Below, one piece after another: positions 38,527-51,970 of a stretch of 64,000 nucleotides of DNA. The translations under genes and the position numbers were made by a program. The stretch is from the NCBI RefSeq assembly GCF_006345805.1, contig NC_043000.1:93930001-93994000 (forward strand), written 5' to 3'. The stretch comes from Octopus sinensis. Taxonomy: Eukaryota. The stretch's first letter is position 1. Each line of letters opens with the position of its first letter. Under the pieces are notes generated by a model, which had not been told where the DNA came from, made no database searches, and saw only the letters and a program-made list of their open reading frames with translations.

Positions 38527-40030
38527 AATACATAAATTACTAAATCGGTGAGCTAGCAGAATCGTTCCGGCTTAGCGTCATTTTATGTTCTGAGCTCAAA
38601 TTCGGCCGAGTTTTACTTTGCTTTTCATCCATTCGGCGTTAGTGAAAACAATTACCAGTCGAGTATGAAGTGGGGGTCGATGTAATCGACTTATCCTTCC
38701 CTTCAAAAACTGCTAGCCGTATGCCAAAATTTGAAACAATTATTATATAACGACCAGCGGTGGTGCCCCAGCATGGCCGCGGCCTTCGGGCTAAAACATT
38801 TTTAAGGATTTTAAGGATATATAATGTATTAAAGCGGCGAGCTGACAGAATCAATGCACGCCGGACAAAACGCTTAACTGCATTTCTTCCGCCTTTACAT
38901 ACTGAGTTAGAATTCCGACACCGTCGCATTTATTTTTTTCCATTTTCTCTGTCGTTATAATCAACAGTTCTTCCTAGCCCCCAAACCCCCAAATATATAT
39001 ATATAAAGCGTTAAAGCAGTGAGCTGGTATTAGCATTAGCACTCCGAACCAAGATGCTTAGCTGCATTTCGTCTGTCTTTACATTCTGAACTCAAGTTCG
39101 GCTGAGGTCGACTTTGCTTTTCTTCCTTTCAGGGTCGATGAAATTAAGTACGAGTTGAGCATTGGGGTTGATATAATCGACGAGCACCCACCCCACCACA
39201 TTCGTCCAAAATTTCATGCCTTGTGCTTATAGTAGAAAGGACTACTATCGATGTTACAAGGAGGTAGATTAGCAAGTCAGTAAAAATCATTTGAGTTCAA
39301 ATCCCACCCATGACCAATTTTGCCTTTCTTCATTTCAGAGCTGTTAAAATAAACTGTCAGTCACGTACTGAGGACGATGACATCGACTATCCCCCCTTCA
39401 AAATTACTAGCATTGTACCAATATCGGAATTAATTATTAATGTTGTTGCTAAAGGTGGTTAATTAATAAAGTTGCTAGAGCGTCAGATTGTATGATTGGC
39501 GGTATTTGCTAACGAAGTCAACTTCGAAATTTATCTTTTCAGGCTCGATAAGATAAAACATCAGTAAAGTCATGGTGGAAACATAATAAACTGTTCATAG
39601 GCACCCAGCTAGCAGAACGGGTAAAATGCTAAGCGGAATTTCGTTTATCATGACGTTCTGAGTTCAAATTCCATCGAGGTCGACTTTGTCTTTCATCGTG
39701 TCGGGGATCGATGAAATATGTACTAACTGAGCACAGGGATCGATGTAATCACACCGAAATTACTGATCTTGAACCAAAATTTGAAACCAATACGATAAAC
39801 TCTTCTAAGAGAGTGAGCTGGAAGAAGTGTTAGCATGCAGGGCAAAATGCTTAGCAGCATTTCGTCCGCCTTTGCGTTCTGAGTTCAAACTCCGCCGAGA
39901 TCAACTTTGACATTCACAGTGTCCGAAGCGATAAACTTAGTACCAGTCAAGCACTGGGATCGATGTGATCAACTAGCTCCTCCCCGCAAAATTACAGGCC
40001 TTATGCCAAAATTTGAAGCCAGTATATGTT
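37845..40030 (+). mobile_element. Dense cluster of ~10 family B SINE copies of differing divergence (first copy on minus strand), interleaved with (TTA)n remnants
   Basis: Repeated degenerate gcagaatcgttagc / gagttcaaat / ggtcgatgtaatcgac modules. Confidence 0.8.
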
Positions 40031-40259
40031 CCCCTCTGTTGAATTTCTTGCTTTTGACCTATGCTAGAAGCGATTATTGTTCTAGCGGTTGTTGTACAAT
40101 TCCAAGGATCTCTAACCTTTTAAGCCTCTAATCCAGCGGACCTATAGTTTATATGAAGTCTATGGTATATACGAAGTAATAGAACTCTATCCAGGATCGA
40201 TCCCTTACTATGCATACTAGCATAGCTCTAGTTTGTACTGTGACATAAAGATGGAGAGC

Positions 40260-40502
40260 CCTTTCCCGAATTATATAGACTCATAGAGCTGGTTTCTTAG
40301 ATTTTCTGGTGTATATACTACCCGGATCGGAACACCTGTCCGTCGTAGAAATAATCCCTTTTGCCAGCTGAGTGATCTGGGGCAATGGGAAACGAAGTGC
40401 TTCGCACAAGATCACGATGAATTGCCCGGTTCTGGAATCGAAACCACAAACTTATGATCAAGAGTCCAATACCCCTAACCACTAAGCCATGCGCCTCCAC
40501 CC
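40260..40502 (-). mobile_element. tRNA-derived SINE (C/D-related head)
   Basis: Minus-strand gtggaggcgcatggcttagtggttaggg..ggtttcgattcc head and ccagatcactcagctggcaaaa domain. Confidence 0.7.
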
Positions 40503-40769
40503 TGTGACATGCCGTACTGTGAATCATTAATTAGGACGTAATGTTCCACCGGGTTACTTTCCCCGCATTGTCCAGTCTACGCTTGTCTACCACGAGTTTG
40601 CTGTGGAGGCCATATATGGATTCAGTCATGGTGGCCTTGGTTGGAGTATGTCAGTTGTGTCTTAATATTTATCACTTGTCCTGTATATTCCATCGCAATT
40701 TCAATATTGTTTTAAACGCGTGATGATATTTTGTGTTTGTCTGGAATGAATGAGGTTGCACAGTTATGC

Positions 40770-40802
40770 AGCAGTAGTAGCAACAGTAGTAGTAGTAGCA
40801 AC

Positions 40803-40838
<36 letters not shown>

Positions 40839-41065
40839 TAAGTTGATAGTGATTGTAGCAGTGGTGGTGGTGGTGGTGGTGGTGATAGTGATTGAAACAG
40901 TGTAGCGTTGGTAAGAATTGAAATAATGGTCGTGGTGCTTACTGGTCATAGTGATAGTAGTGGCGTGTAATGGTGGTGGTCGTGGTACTGATGTTTTTTT
41001 AGGTAACGGTGGTGGTAGTAGTGGTGAGGGTTCTGGAATTGGTAGAGATGGTGACGGCGTTCTTG

Positions 41066-41097
<32 letters not shown>

Positions 41098-41430
41098 GAT
41101 GCAGGTACTAGTGGTGTTGGTGGTGGTGGTGGGGTTGATAATGGTAGCGCTGGTCGTGGAATCCATAGATGTGTTGTGCTGATGGTGTTGGCTATGATGA
41201 TAAGGAGAATGATTGCTGTTGTTGCTGTTTTGGTGGTGGTGGTGGTGGTGGTGGTGGTGGTGGTTGTGGTGGTTGTGGTGGTGGTGTTGGTGGTGATGGT
41301 GGTGGGGACGGAGTTTGTGGTCTGCTGCTGATTGTGGAATTGTCAGCGGTGTTATGCTGATAGTAGCGATCATGATAGTGATGACAATGGTTGTAATCTT
41401 GTTTATGGTGGTGGTAGTGGTGGTGGTGGT
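40770..41430. repeat. Mosaic trinucleotide tract (GTA/GTG/GTT/GAT)
   Basis: Direct reading; source of poly-V/G/T/H pseudo-ORFs. Confidence 0.9.
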
Positions 41431-41943
41431 CGTCGTCGTGTTGAAGGTCAGTAAATTCGCATTTCAAATATTTGACTTTATTTCATGCTTTGTTAGATTT
41501 TCACACATTTCTTGTCCGTTTTCAATCGGCGTATCGATTTTTTTCACGGATGCGATGCGTTCAGCGAGCTATTTTGACATACTTTCACTCTTGATTCCCA
41601 ATAATTCAACACCCTTATGAACTCTATATAGATATACATTTATATTTACAAATCTGATTAGCAAGTCATTCTACATTTCATTTGTGTTCGTAAAACATAA
41701 ATGCATAGACGGGCAAACACAGACACACTTGCACACATTAACATACATACACAGATACACACGAACATACACCCACACACACACTGAGGCGCACATTGTT
41801 TGAATATACATTTACGCTTACATATGTTTCTATATGTTTTTATTGTTTAAGAGTCTATCAATTTATATCTATTTATCATTGTCTCTGGCGTGTATATACA
41901 CACACACACACACCTATATATATATATTTACACACACATACAC

Positions 41944-41976
<33 letters not shown>

Positions 41977-41988
41977 TATAAGTATATA

Positions 41989-42019
<31 letters not shown>

Positions 42020-42860
42020 TTACACATACATACATACATACATACATACATACATACATACATACATACATACATACATACACGTGCATTTACAACGAAG
42101 AGAAATCGCCACACAGTATATCACACATGACAAAAGAAAATTAGTTAAAAAAAAGAGAAAACGGAAAACATTGTAGAGGGTAATATATACTCTACAAAAT
42201 GCCTCTGCAAAAATAGAAAATTAATCAAGGAAGCGATACTCATACCGCTATATACAATACTAAAATATGCACGCAAACAACACACACATCAAAAATGTAG
42301 CACGTGACTGGCTACTGGCATGAAATCCTAACTGTAAAACGTTTGACCACAACTAAATAAATCAACACGAGACTGCTGACGTCGAAGTCTAATGATTGAA
42401 AAGACTTTGGTGGTAAGTTAACATAAATTCAAAGAGATATAAGAAACAACGCAACCAATTCTTCAAAGTAAGACGGTGAAGATCTGGAAACGTCACATAT
42501 GAATGTAGGAACGTTGGTGTTGCAAATTAGCCGTAAAAATTTAATAATGAAATCTGCAAAATCCAATGAATAAAAGATAAAGCTAAAACAATCATCTGTA
42601 TTACAATGGAGAAAGCCGCTTATTAATTAGGTATGTAACAGTTACTAAAAGAACTAATAGAAAGCAATTATTAAAGGCTTGACCGTCTTTTAAGAAATTT
42701 TTGAACTCCAATTTTTCGCAAATTTAGATTTTCATTGCATTCACTGCATCTAGTTTTTCACAAATTTAAATATTCAGTGCATTCACTGCTGAAGAGATTC
42801 TAATGTTTAAAAATAAACAATGTTAATTCGTTGCGGGCGACATTTTCTGTCTTCATTTGC

Positions 42861-42943
<83 letters not shown>

Positions 42944-43501
42944 TTATTAATGATAATTTAATAACAGCGTTATAACCTTGATACGAGGCACAATTTCAAG
43001 AACATTATCAGTTTCTGGAGTTTGTTAAACGAATATATTTGATAAAATGAAACTTTTTAATATACCGGTATAACTTTAAAATGATTTTATGTTGAATGAA
43101 TGCATGCTATTACACAAAATAGCTGTATAACTTAGATACGAGGCACAATTTCAAGAATATTATCATTTCAGGAGTTTGTTAAATGCATATTTTTGGTAAA
43201 ATAATTTTTTATACACCGGTATAATTTTTTTTAATTAAGAAGTGATTTTGTTGTTATGGCTGTTTGGAACGCTATAAGCCTTACAGTAATAACTATCCGG
43301 ACTGATTCTGGCCATTTTCTTTTTTAACATAAAATCCACAGGAGGAGCCTTTTTGCTCAAAAGAAAATTGTAAATATTTTCAGAGGTAAAGGTGAACAAT
43401 TCAAGGGAGCTTTGGCTGTTTTTTAATATACCTATATAATTTTTGTAAAAAAAGAAGTGATTTTATTGTTATGACTGTTTGGAACGCTACGAGCCTTACA
43501 A

Positions 43502-43760
43502 GCATCCAGTCAACTTCATTGTGTTTGGAGTGGTCCCTAGTGATGGCGATGTTATACCTCTATTCACCAATATAAACAAAGAGCTCATCCAGAAGAGTTG
43601 AAGGAGATTCCAAAGTTGTGTGGAGTCCGTGTTTGAAGCCAATGGCGATTTTATTGAATACATTTACTCTTTAGTATTTCAAGGTATTGTTGTGTAATTT
43701 TGATAAATATATCTGTTAAAATTAGATGTCAGTGTAATTTTCATTTGTGCGTAGTTTAGA
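43502..43760 (+). mobile_element. Internally deleted maT/DD37D element remnant
   Basis: HPVNFIVFGVVPSDGDVIP joined directly to C-terminal INKELIQKS*RRFQSCVESVFEANGDFIE. Confidence 0.7.
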
Positions 43761-43789
43761 TGACAGTTTATTCATCAAGTCATGTTATG

Positions 43790-43831
<42 letters not shown>

Positions 43832-43905
43832 CATACATATATACATAAATACTTAAACACATACAACATATATGTATGTATATGTATGTATATATATATA
43901 TATAT

Positions 43906-43937
<32 letters not shown>

Positions 43938-44030
43938 ATATTATATATATATACACATACATATATATGTGTGTATGTGTATACTATATACGTATACATG
44001 TATATATGTATGCACGTATGTACATCTGTA

Positions 44031-44239
44031 CATGGTGTGCCAGAAGTTGCGCACCATCCTGGTTTTTTAAAAGAATATACCCTTATTGGCTTCAAAAACA
44101 CTTTATTGAAATTGTTCGCAACAAATGCTCAAATTGAGCACCCTCTGCAATAAAACATGCCGAAAAAATATAATAAAATAAAATGCTTTAATTATTTTAA
44201 ATGAAACCCAGAATGATGCGCGACTTCTGGGACAGCCTG
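44031..44239. mobile_element. Tc1/mariner-type MITE, 209 bp
   Basis: 27-bp TIRs matching 22/27 (catggtgtgccagaagttgcgcaccat vs caggctgtcccagaagtcgcgcatcat) with TA on both flanks. Confidence 0.85.
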
Positions 44240-44549
44240 TATATGCATTCATGTATACATGTCTGTCTAATAACTGCATAACATTCTACAAGTATTTTAA
44301 AGGAAAACGGTACTGAGTACTAATTGTTGGGTAAGATTTTAGGCAATTAAGATATTAGCTTAAAATCCAACATTCTGATACCTTTCGTAATCAGAATAGA
44401 AGTTATTGGCAGAACTGTAATGAAGTAATACCAGCCACTTTGCTGTATTTCTTCCAGTTCTTCGCCTTCTGTATTCAAATCCTGAATTACACACTTGAAT
44501 AGTAGACTTATCATGTCTCCCCGCTTAACACCACTACCTGCTACCTTGG

Positions 44550-44860
44550 GCGCCTTTAGAGGACTCAATTTTGTAGTAAACATTCGGATCACATTTCCGG
44601 TTTGTTAGCAGCTTCCTCCGTCCATTTAACCAGTTTCGGAGAGCCTGTAATATGTCATGGGCAGTCCCTTCTCTGTTGACTATAAGATAAAAAACTTATA
44701 CGATACTACTCAGTATCTACGTCCTACAAACTTCCCATTCCTTTATTCTCTTAATCAAAACTCAGCATTTTACTTAATCTCGACCTTTCCATGAATTAGT
44801 AAAACGGTTTTACCTCTCCTCATGAAGATGCTAACCATTTTTAAACTTGAACACACTTTT
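44550..44860 (-). pseudogene. Possible very old CR1/L2 RT relic
   Basis: GTAHDILQALRNWLNGRRKLL..SSKGAQGS weakly resembles RT WixxWLxgRrq..SGVPQGS. Confidence 0.3.
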
Positions 44861-45544
44861 AGCAAATCATGATTTCATAGTAGACAATTTATTTTACATT
44901 TTTGTACCAGCAAAACTGTTATTTAACTTACTACATGACTGACAAATTATAAAAATCCATTGTTAATCTATATTTAATTATATTGATACTGATTTACTTT
45001 TGATCTTATCACGCGAAATTAAACTTAGTATCACACTGACAATTTCTTAACTATTCTCCACTACTCTTTGAATAGAAAATTAGGTTACTTTCTTTATACC
45101 CTCAGTATAGCAGCTTTATTCTTAGTCACACACCTCTACATTAATTCATACTAGCCACGCACTAAAACCTAACTTTGTTGCCAACTTAAATTCAACTTTC
45201 CACTTAAACATAAGAGCTATCTTCTTAACAGACAAATGTCTCTTTTTTTGTCTTGTTTTCCTATGAATATACAAAGGCTTCTTAAAAATAAATTGACTCC
45301 ACTTTTTATACCGTATTATCTGTGCGAACATTACCTGGTACTTTAAACTTTTAATATATTATTCTTCATTTCAGATCACAGCGGCCGCAGTGGATGGTTC
45401 TCGTCCGCCAGAAATATAAATACGTGTACTTTTATGCATCACAAGTTCATAAGGTCCTCTCGGGATAAATAACGCAGTATCCTATGTTCTAACACAACAT
45501 CCACTTTAAGCAGAGGATAAATATTACTTTTTAACATATTAGTT

Positions 45545-45955
45545 TCAAATTTTAGCACAAGTTCAGCAATTTCAGGGGAAGGAATAAGTCGATTACATCG
45601 GCCCCAGTACTCAATTGATACCTATTTTATCAACCCCGAAAGGGATGAAAGCAAAGTCGACCTCAGAGGGATTTGAACTCAAAACATAAAGACGGAGGAA
45701 ATGTTACAAAGCATATTGCCCGGCGATTACATTTTAGCATATTCCTTTCTACTGTAGGCACTAGACCTGAAATTTAGGGGAGGGGACTAGTCGATTACAT
45801 CGACCCTAGTGTTCCACTGGTACTTAATTTATCGGTCACGAAAGAATGAAAGGTAAATTTGACCTCGGCGGAATCTGAACTCAGAACATAAAGACAGACG
45901 AAATGCCGTTAAGTATTTTTCCCGGGCGTGCTAAATATTCTGCTAACCCGCTACC
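45545..45955 (-). mobile_element. Two tandem family B SINE copies
   Basis: Reverse-complement core motifs. Confidence 0.8.
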
Positions 45956-46029
45956 TTAATTTACCTTTTAATATATTAATTATTTATAACAACTAGCCAT
46001 GCTGCGAACACCAGAAGCAAAAAAAATTA

Positions 46030-46385
46030 TTTGATTTTCAAAGACAGGCTAGTGTGCGTCAATTTGAGATTGGGCTTAGCCAGTGTAAGACTGCACAGAA
46101 CCTTGGGATTCTTCTTTCCACAGTAAACGGTGATTGAATTGATTGTACAATTTACAACAAAACAACCGAATCAACAGTATTTCGTTCAGGTCGACTTCGC
46201 CCCACTTCGGGGTGTCAAACGAATTGTTGAAAATAATCTCCGTTGTAAAGCACCTGATGTTACAGAGCAACTGCAAATGAGCTGGAGTACTTCTGTGAGG
46301 CATATCCATTAACTTGCCTATAATAGCAGAGCAGCGAGAAGGAAACCTCATCGTCGACCAGCAAATATCCAACGAGGGAAAGGAA
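46030..46385 (+). pseudogene. Tc1-like transposase N-terminal (HTH) fragment related to 63213-64000
   Basis: gaaccttgggattcttctttccacagtaaac and agcagagcagcgagaaggaaacc..ccagcaaatatccaacgaggg match the 63310-63590 region. Confidence 0.65.
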
Positions 46386-46484
46386 AAACAAATCTTTCAA
46401 AAATGTTGGTTCTGAGTTATCTGTGTGCATATTTCTGACAAATATATATTTCTCTATTCTCTCCTCTCCTCTCCTCAGCGAAGG

Positions 46485-46781
46485 CGTTTGGCTTACTGGT
46501 TAGGGCATTCGGCTCACGATTGCAAGGTCGTGAGTTTAATTCCCGGTGACGCGTTCTGTCCTTGAGCAAGACACTTTATTTCACGTTGCTCCTGTCCACT
46601 CAGCTGGCAAAAATGAGTTGTACGTGTCACGCTCTGTGTCACGCTGAATCTCCCTGAGAACTACGTTAGTGGTACGCGTGTTTGTGGATTGCTCAGTCAC
46701 TTGCACGTTAATTTCACGAGCTGGCTGTTCCATTGATCGTATCAGCTGGAACCCTCGTCGTCGTAACCGACGGAGTACTCC
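46485..46781 (+). mobile_element. tRNA-derived SINE, family D
   Basis: Head ggcgtttggcttactggttagggcattc..gtgagtttaattccc, central tccttgagcaagacactttatttcacgttgctc domain, tail ..cgtcgtaaccgacggagt. Confidence 0.8.
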
Positions 46782-47500
46782 TATCCTCAGCACTAAAAAT
46801 TTTCCTCTCAATTTGCTTACTTTGTACCTAAACACACATATCTACAACCAATTCAGTTTTACATCGCTATATAATTTATAAGACAACTAATCCTTAGTTT
46901 ATAATCAGAAAAACCACACTAATATTTACCATATCTTGCAATATATTCCCAAATATTATATTAACTTAGTCCCCGTTACATAATTCCCCTTCCACCTTTA
47001 CTATTCATGTATACATCTTTTCACCATCCACTTATCTGACTGCCGTTACACAACCGTTGACCTTAACATACAACACTCTGATAATTAATCTTCAATCATC
47101 CTCCGAGGTAACGCGCAAACGTCTACTTCACATTTTACATTAAACATTCGAATGTTAAACTAACATATCTTCTAGCTACATATTTTTTCCTTTTTCTCTC
47201 TTAACGTTTACATGATGATTTTTACCTATGTAGAATATTTTCACACAAATTTCAAATCTATTCATTAATACACTAACAACAAGTAAACATTAAATATTCA
47301 TGCAAATACAATTATACTATAAATATCACCCAAGAACACGCCTCTAATATGCTTTATTAAGTAGTTCCTTCTTCCTACATCTTTTTTAGCTGAGATAACT
47401 ACGTCTTTATCAAGTTAAACATCACGCACTTCACAAAACGAGACAAATGCTCGTATATATATATATATATATATACAGCGTATATATGCATATATATATA

Positions 47501-47562
<62 letters not shown>

Positions 47563-47683
47563 ACGTATATATATATATGCATACATATATATATCTATAT
47601 ATACACACACATACATATATACTATATATATATACACACACACACATATACATATATATGTATAGGCATATATATCTATGTAT

Positions 47684-47715
<32 letters not shown>

Positions 47716-48257
47716 GTATATATGTATACACACATAGAAGCACAGACACACACACATATTCAGTGAAACATTACAATGTAGTATCACTTAGTAACTTTCA
47801 GTAATGTAACATTTACTTTCATTAACAAAAGAAATAGACGTGACGGATATTTTCAAGCTTCTGGTTCCATAACCGTTAATACAACACGTGTGTGTGTGAG
47901 TGGAGGGGCATAAAACTATAACAAAACAATGTCTTCATTTCGTAATGAGATAAAACAATAAATACTTCCCAACTAGGTCTATTGCCTTCAGTAGAAAACC
48001 AATTTAAAATTGTAATTTTATCCCTTGTTGGTTTCGAACTCATAACTGCATGTCTGAAATCATCTAATCTATAGTTTCTTCCTCCTCACTTCTCCTACGG
48101 AAATAAGCTACCAATGCTTAGAACTCCTACTTCCTTCCTCAAAAAATAGGCTAATCTCTCTCGGAATTTGATATCTTTGATCAGCAAAACGCTAGCAATT
48201 GATAAAACTTATCTCATTTAGTGAGGAATGTATCAATATTTATAAAAAAAAAAAAAA

Positions 48258-48503
48258 ACGAGCTAGGAAGTGAATCTAACAGCTCATAGATAACATGCTG
48301 AGTTTAAACATCAAGGGTTAGATTTCGTTCTATGCTGTGTTCCTCCGCATAACACCATACTTCGTTAAGTTTGTTGATGGGAACTTTCAGTAAAGAGGCT
48401 TCAAAGCGAATTTCACCGAAAACGATTTAGGAGTTGAACATTCAATGATTGTTATTGACAGAATCGAAGGTGGCTAGGTGGCTAGATTCACTTCCCAGCT
48501 CGT
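48258..48503. mobile_element. MITE, 246 bp, mariner-like TIRs
   Basis: acgagctaggaagtgaatctaac vs reverse complement acgagctgggaagtgaatctagc (21/23); TA TSD not preserved. Confidence 0.7.
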
Positions 48504-48504
48504 G

Positions 48505-49020
48505 GCAGAATTGTTAGCACACCGGACAAAATGTTTAGCGGCATTTCGTCCATCTATTTATTCTGAGTTCAAATCACCGAGGTCGATTTTTCCTTCCACC
48601 TTTTCGGGATCGATGTAAAAAGTACCAGTTGAATACTGGGGTCGATGTAATTTATTAGCCCATTCCCTCAATATTTGAAGCCTTGTGCCGGTAGAAGAAA
48701 GGATTATTATTAGCAGAGTCGATAGTGCGTCAGACAAAATTTTTAATGGTTTTTCTCTTTTTTATGTTTTGAGTTAAATTCTAGCTGAATGTAATCGATT
48801 AATCCACTCCCCTAAAACTGTTGGTACTGTGCTAACATTTGAAACCATTACTAAGACGGGGATCTGGCAGAATCCTTTGCGCATTGGACAAATACTTAAC
48901 GGATTCTCTTTCGGCCTTTATGTTACGAGTCCAAATCCCGCCGAGGTTAACTTTCACCCTTTCGGGGGTCAATAAAATATAATATCCGTCATATACTGGG
49001 GTCGGTGTTATAAACTAATT
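48505..49020 (+). mobile_element. Three tandem old family B SINE copies
   Basis: Degenerate core motifs. Confidence 0.7.
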
Positions 49021-49699
49021 TACTGGTACAATCCATCCGATGGGTTTCTATTTAGTTTCTCTCAAGTTAATTTCACTCGCAAGTTATGAGTTGATCCGGG
49101 ACTTGAGAAAAGGAAACTCTAAACTGTGTAATAGAAAGGAAGGACCTCATGATCGCAAAGCGAACGTCTTAGCTAGTTGGCCATTATGCGCTCGTAAAAA
49201 TTAAACGCTGTCCCTTAAAGGACTGTAAGGTCTACTGAAAATATGTATTTGCATTCACCTAAGGATCTCTGTGTATTTAGGAAATATAGGGAATTAAACT
49301 TCCCCAAGATGCCACACAGCAAAATGGAAACTGAGATCTCCTAATTCTGAAGCAAACTTCTTAAATCATTCGGTCATACTGTGCTTACAAAAGCAAACCA
49401 CTTCCCCTTAAAGTAAGAGTGCCCAACCAAGGCTAAATAAGAAATATCCCTTTCATTCTTTCATATTATTAAAAAAGTACATGTTATTATGATAACAATA
49501 CACTATTTATCTATGAGTAAATAGCAAAATAATATATTTAAAATACTATATCATCTCTAGTCAAATAGCAAATAATAAATTAGATTGCATTAATTATCAT
49601 TAATAATAATTACTAAAAATCATAGATTGATAATTAAAAATTACGTAGTTTGCATGTGAAAGAAACTTTCTAATAAGTATTATCATAATATCATCATTA

Positions 49700-49830
49700 C
49701 CGTAGAAGTTAAATAAACGCTGAATTAACCAGTTATTCAAACAAAATTTAATCATTAGGGCTTCATAAAGTACTTCTGATGTTACCCATTTCCATACTAA
49801 AAATACTGTTAAAATCAAATTAAAATTACT
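49700..49830 (-). pseudogene. Possible Penelope GIY-YIG C-terminal relic
   Basis: SEVLYEALMIKFCLNNWLIQR resembles the lxxxEAlxIkxxxpxLNxq tail of PLE endonucleases. Confidence 0.3.
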
Positions 49831-49844
49831 TACTTAGATTTTCG

Positions 49845-49956
<112 letters not shown>

Positions 49957-50091
49957 TATATATATACATGTATATATAAATGTATATATATATGTATATA
50001 TGTGTATATATACACATATATATGCATACATATATACACACATACAAATATGCATACATATATACACACATACAAATATGCATACATACAT

Positions 50092-50126
<35 letters not shown>

Positions 50127-50206
50127 TCCCTTCTTTCCTGAGCGTCCAATAATACTATATTTGTTCCACGTCCTCGCGTTTTTTTTTTGTGTTTTCTTGT
50201 TTGGAT

Positions 50207-50266
<60 letters not shown>

Positions 50267-50278
50267 TATATATATGTA

Positions 50279-50498
50279 CGCGAGGGGCTGCTGAAAAGTT
50301 TCTGGTAGAAGAAAATACAGGAGAATCATTTAATTATGATTTTATGCAACATATTCCCTTCTTAAATTCTCACACTTATTGCAGCGGTCCTTCAGGACTT
50401 TCTACATCCTGTAAAGGAACTGGAAAGGCTGGGCCTCCAACTTCCAACCAGACGTTTCACGATACCCTTAATACCAGGAACTTTTCATCAGCCTCTCG
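50279..50498 (-). mobile_element. Mariner-derived MITE retaining the transposase C-terminus
   Basis: 26-bp TIRs 23/26 (cgaggggctgctgaaaagtttctggt vs cgagaggctgatgaaaagttcctggt), TA flanks; minus strand reads ..EAQPFQFLYRM*KVLKDRCNKCENLRREYVA*. Confidence 0.85.
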
Positions 50499-50516
50499 TA
50501 TTTAATATATATATAA

Positions 50517-50568
<52 letters not shown>

Positions 50569-51450
50569 GAAAGGTAAAATAATTAATGATTTACCAGGGG
50601 TCAGGGGGAAAATAATACCATAAGGGTAAATTTTACAAATATTTTAAATAATCATATACATTGTTATAACAAGGGACAGGCTATAAGCCTCCCAACTCGC
50701 TAGAAAAGTATACGTCTAAAGACTCCGAAAAATAAAGCAGACACATACACAAGGATCTGCGTATTTAGTAAACAAATACATTTCCTCTAACTAGCCTTCT
50801 ACCCTGCCGAGGCTGGTTTACCAGACGAGATTCTAGACTTTCTAAACGTGATTATGCTCAACACGTTTATTCTCATAATAAGCTTACTTCAAAAAGCAAT
50901 TACCGATTCCTTCCTTCCTTTCTTCGTATTTCTTTGAAGATTTTTATGAATGCATTGCGTCAAAACCATGGTGGAAATAGATATTTTGCTAAGTGCTTTT
51001 GATGACGTGACAGTTGGGATCAAAATATTTGAAGATGTTTGAACATCTTTCTTTCCGTGCCTACATTACAACCTTAGTTTTTTTTTCTAATACTTTCACT
51101 TTATTTCTTTCTCTTTATTTCTAACGTTCTCTTTCTTTAATTTTGTTACTATATTACTGGGTCCTTAAAATTACATGGGGATATTGCTGTTAAAGACGAA
51201 ACCTGATATAAAAACTGCATTTAACTAAATCTGCTTAAAAGTACCCTCTTAATAACTGCCTTGATATAGTAAGAGCCAAAAACCCATATGGGAATAGTCA
51301 GACATATCTATGTTATGATATTACAAAAATGAAGCAAAGATAACTCGGAAGGGATTATGACGTCTTCAGAATTTTTTTTAGACAAAATGTCTACTTATGT
51401 ACCTCCCTCGTAGAACATGGCAATTAGACACCATAATTAAAATTGGTTAA

Positions 51451-51489
<39 letters not shown>

Positions 51490-51658
51490 TTATGTAATTA
51501 CCGTTGTTGTAGTTGTTTATCTCGAGGTCAGCGCTGAATGAGTAGATCTAAATTCATTGCCGTACGACCTTCCCATATACGACCTTTCCATATTATTATT
51601 ATTATTATTGTTGTTGTTTTTGTTGTTGTTGTTGTTGTTGTTGTTATTATTATTGTTG

Positions 51659-51737
<79 letters not shown>

Positions 51738-51749
51738 TATTATTATAAA

Positions 51750-51970
51750 GGCGGTGATCCAGCAGAATCGTTAGCACGGTGGACGAAATACTTAGGGGCA
51801 TTTCGCCCGTGGCTACGTTCTGAGTGCATATTCTGTCGAGGTCAATTTTTCCTTTCATTCTTTCGGATTCGATAAATTAAGTACCAGTGAAACACTGAGG
51901 TCAATATAATCGATTAACCCCCTACCCCCAAACTGCAGGGCTTGTGCCTATAATAGAAATTATTATTATT
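51750..51970 (+). mobile_element. Family B SINE following (ATT)n/(ATC)n
   Basis: Core motifs; tail gtgcctataatagaaattattattatt. Confidence 0.8.

Noticed and set aside
46800-48240. AT-rich stretches that might be ancient LINE remnants
   Set aside because: No motif could be recovered with confidence in any frame
50445-50498. CTGATGA..GAAACGTC on the minus strand
   Set aside because: The CTGATGA is part of a mariner TIR, and no stem II forms
50790-50840. ctgccgag-gctgg-ttta-ccag-ac-gaga hammerhead-like pattern
   Set aside because: Three core mismatches and no stem I or III
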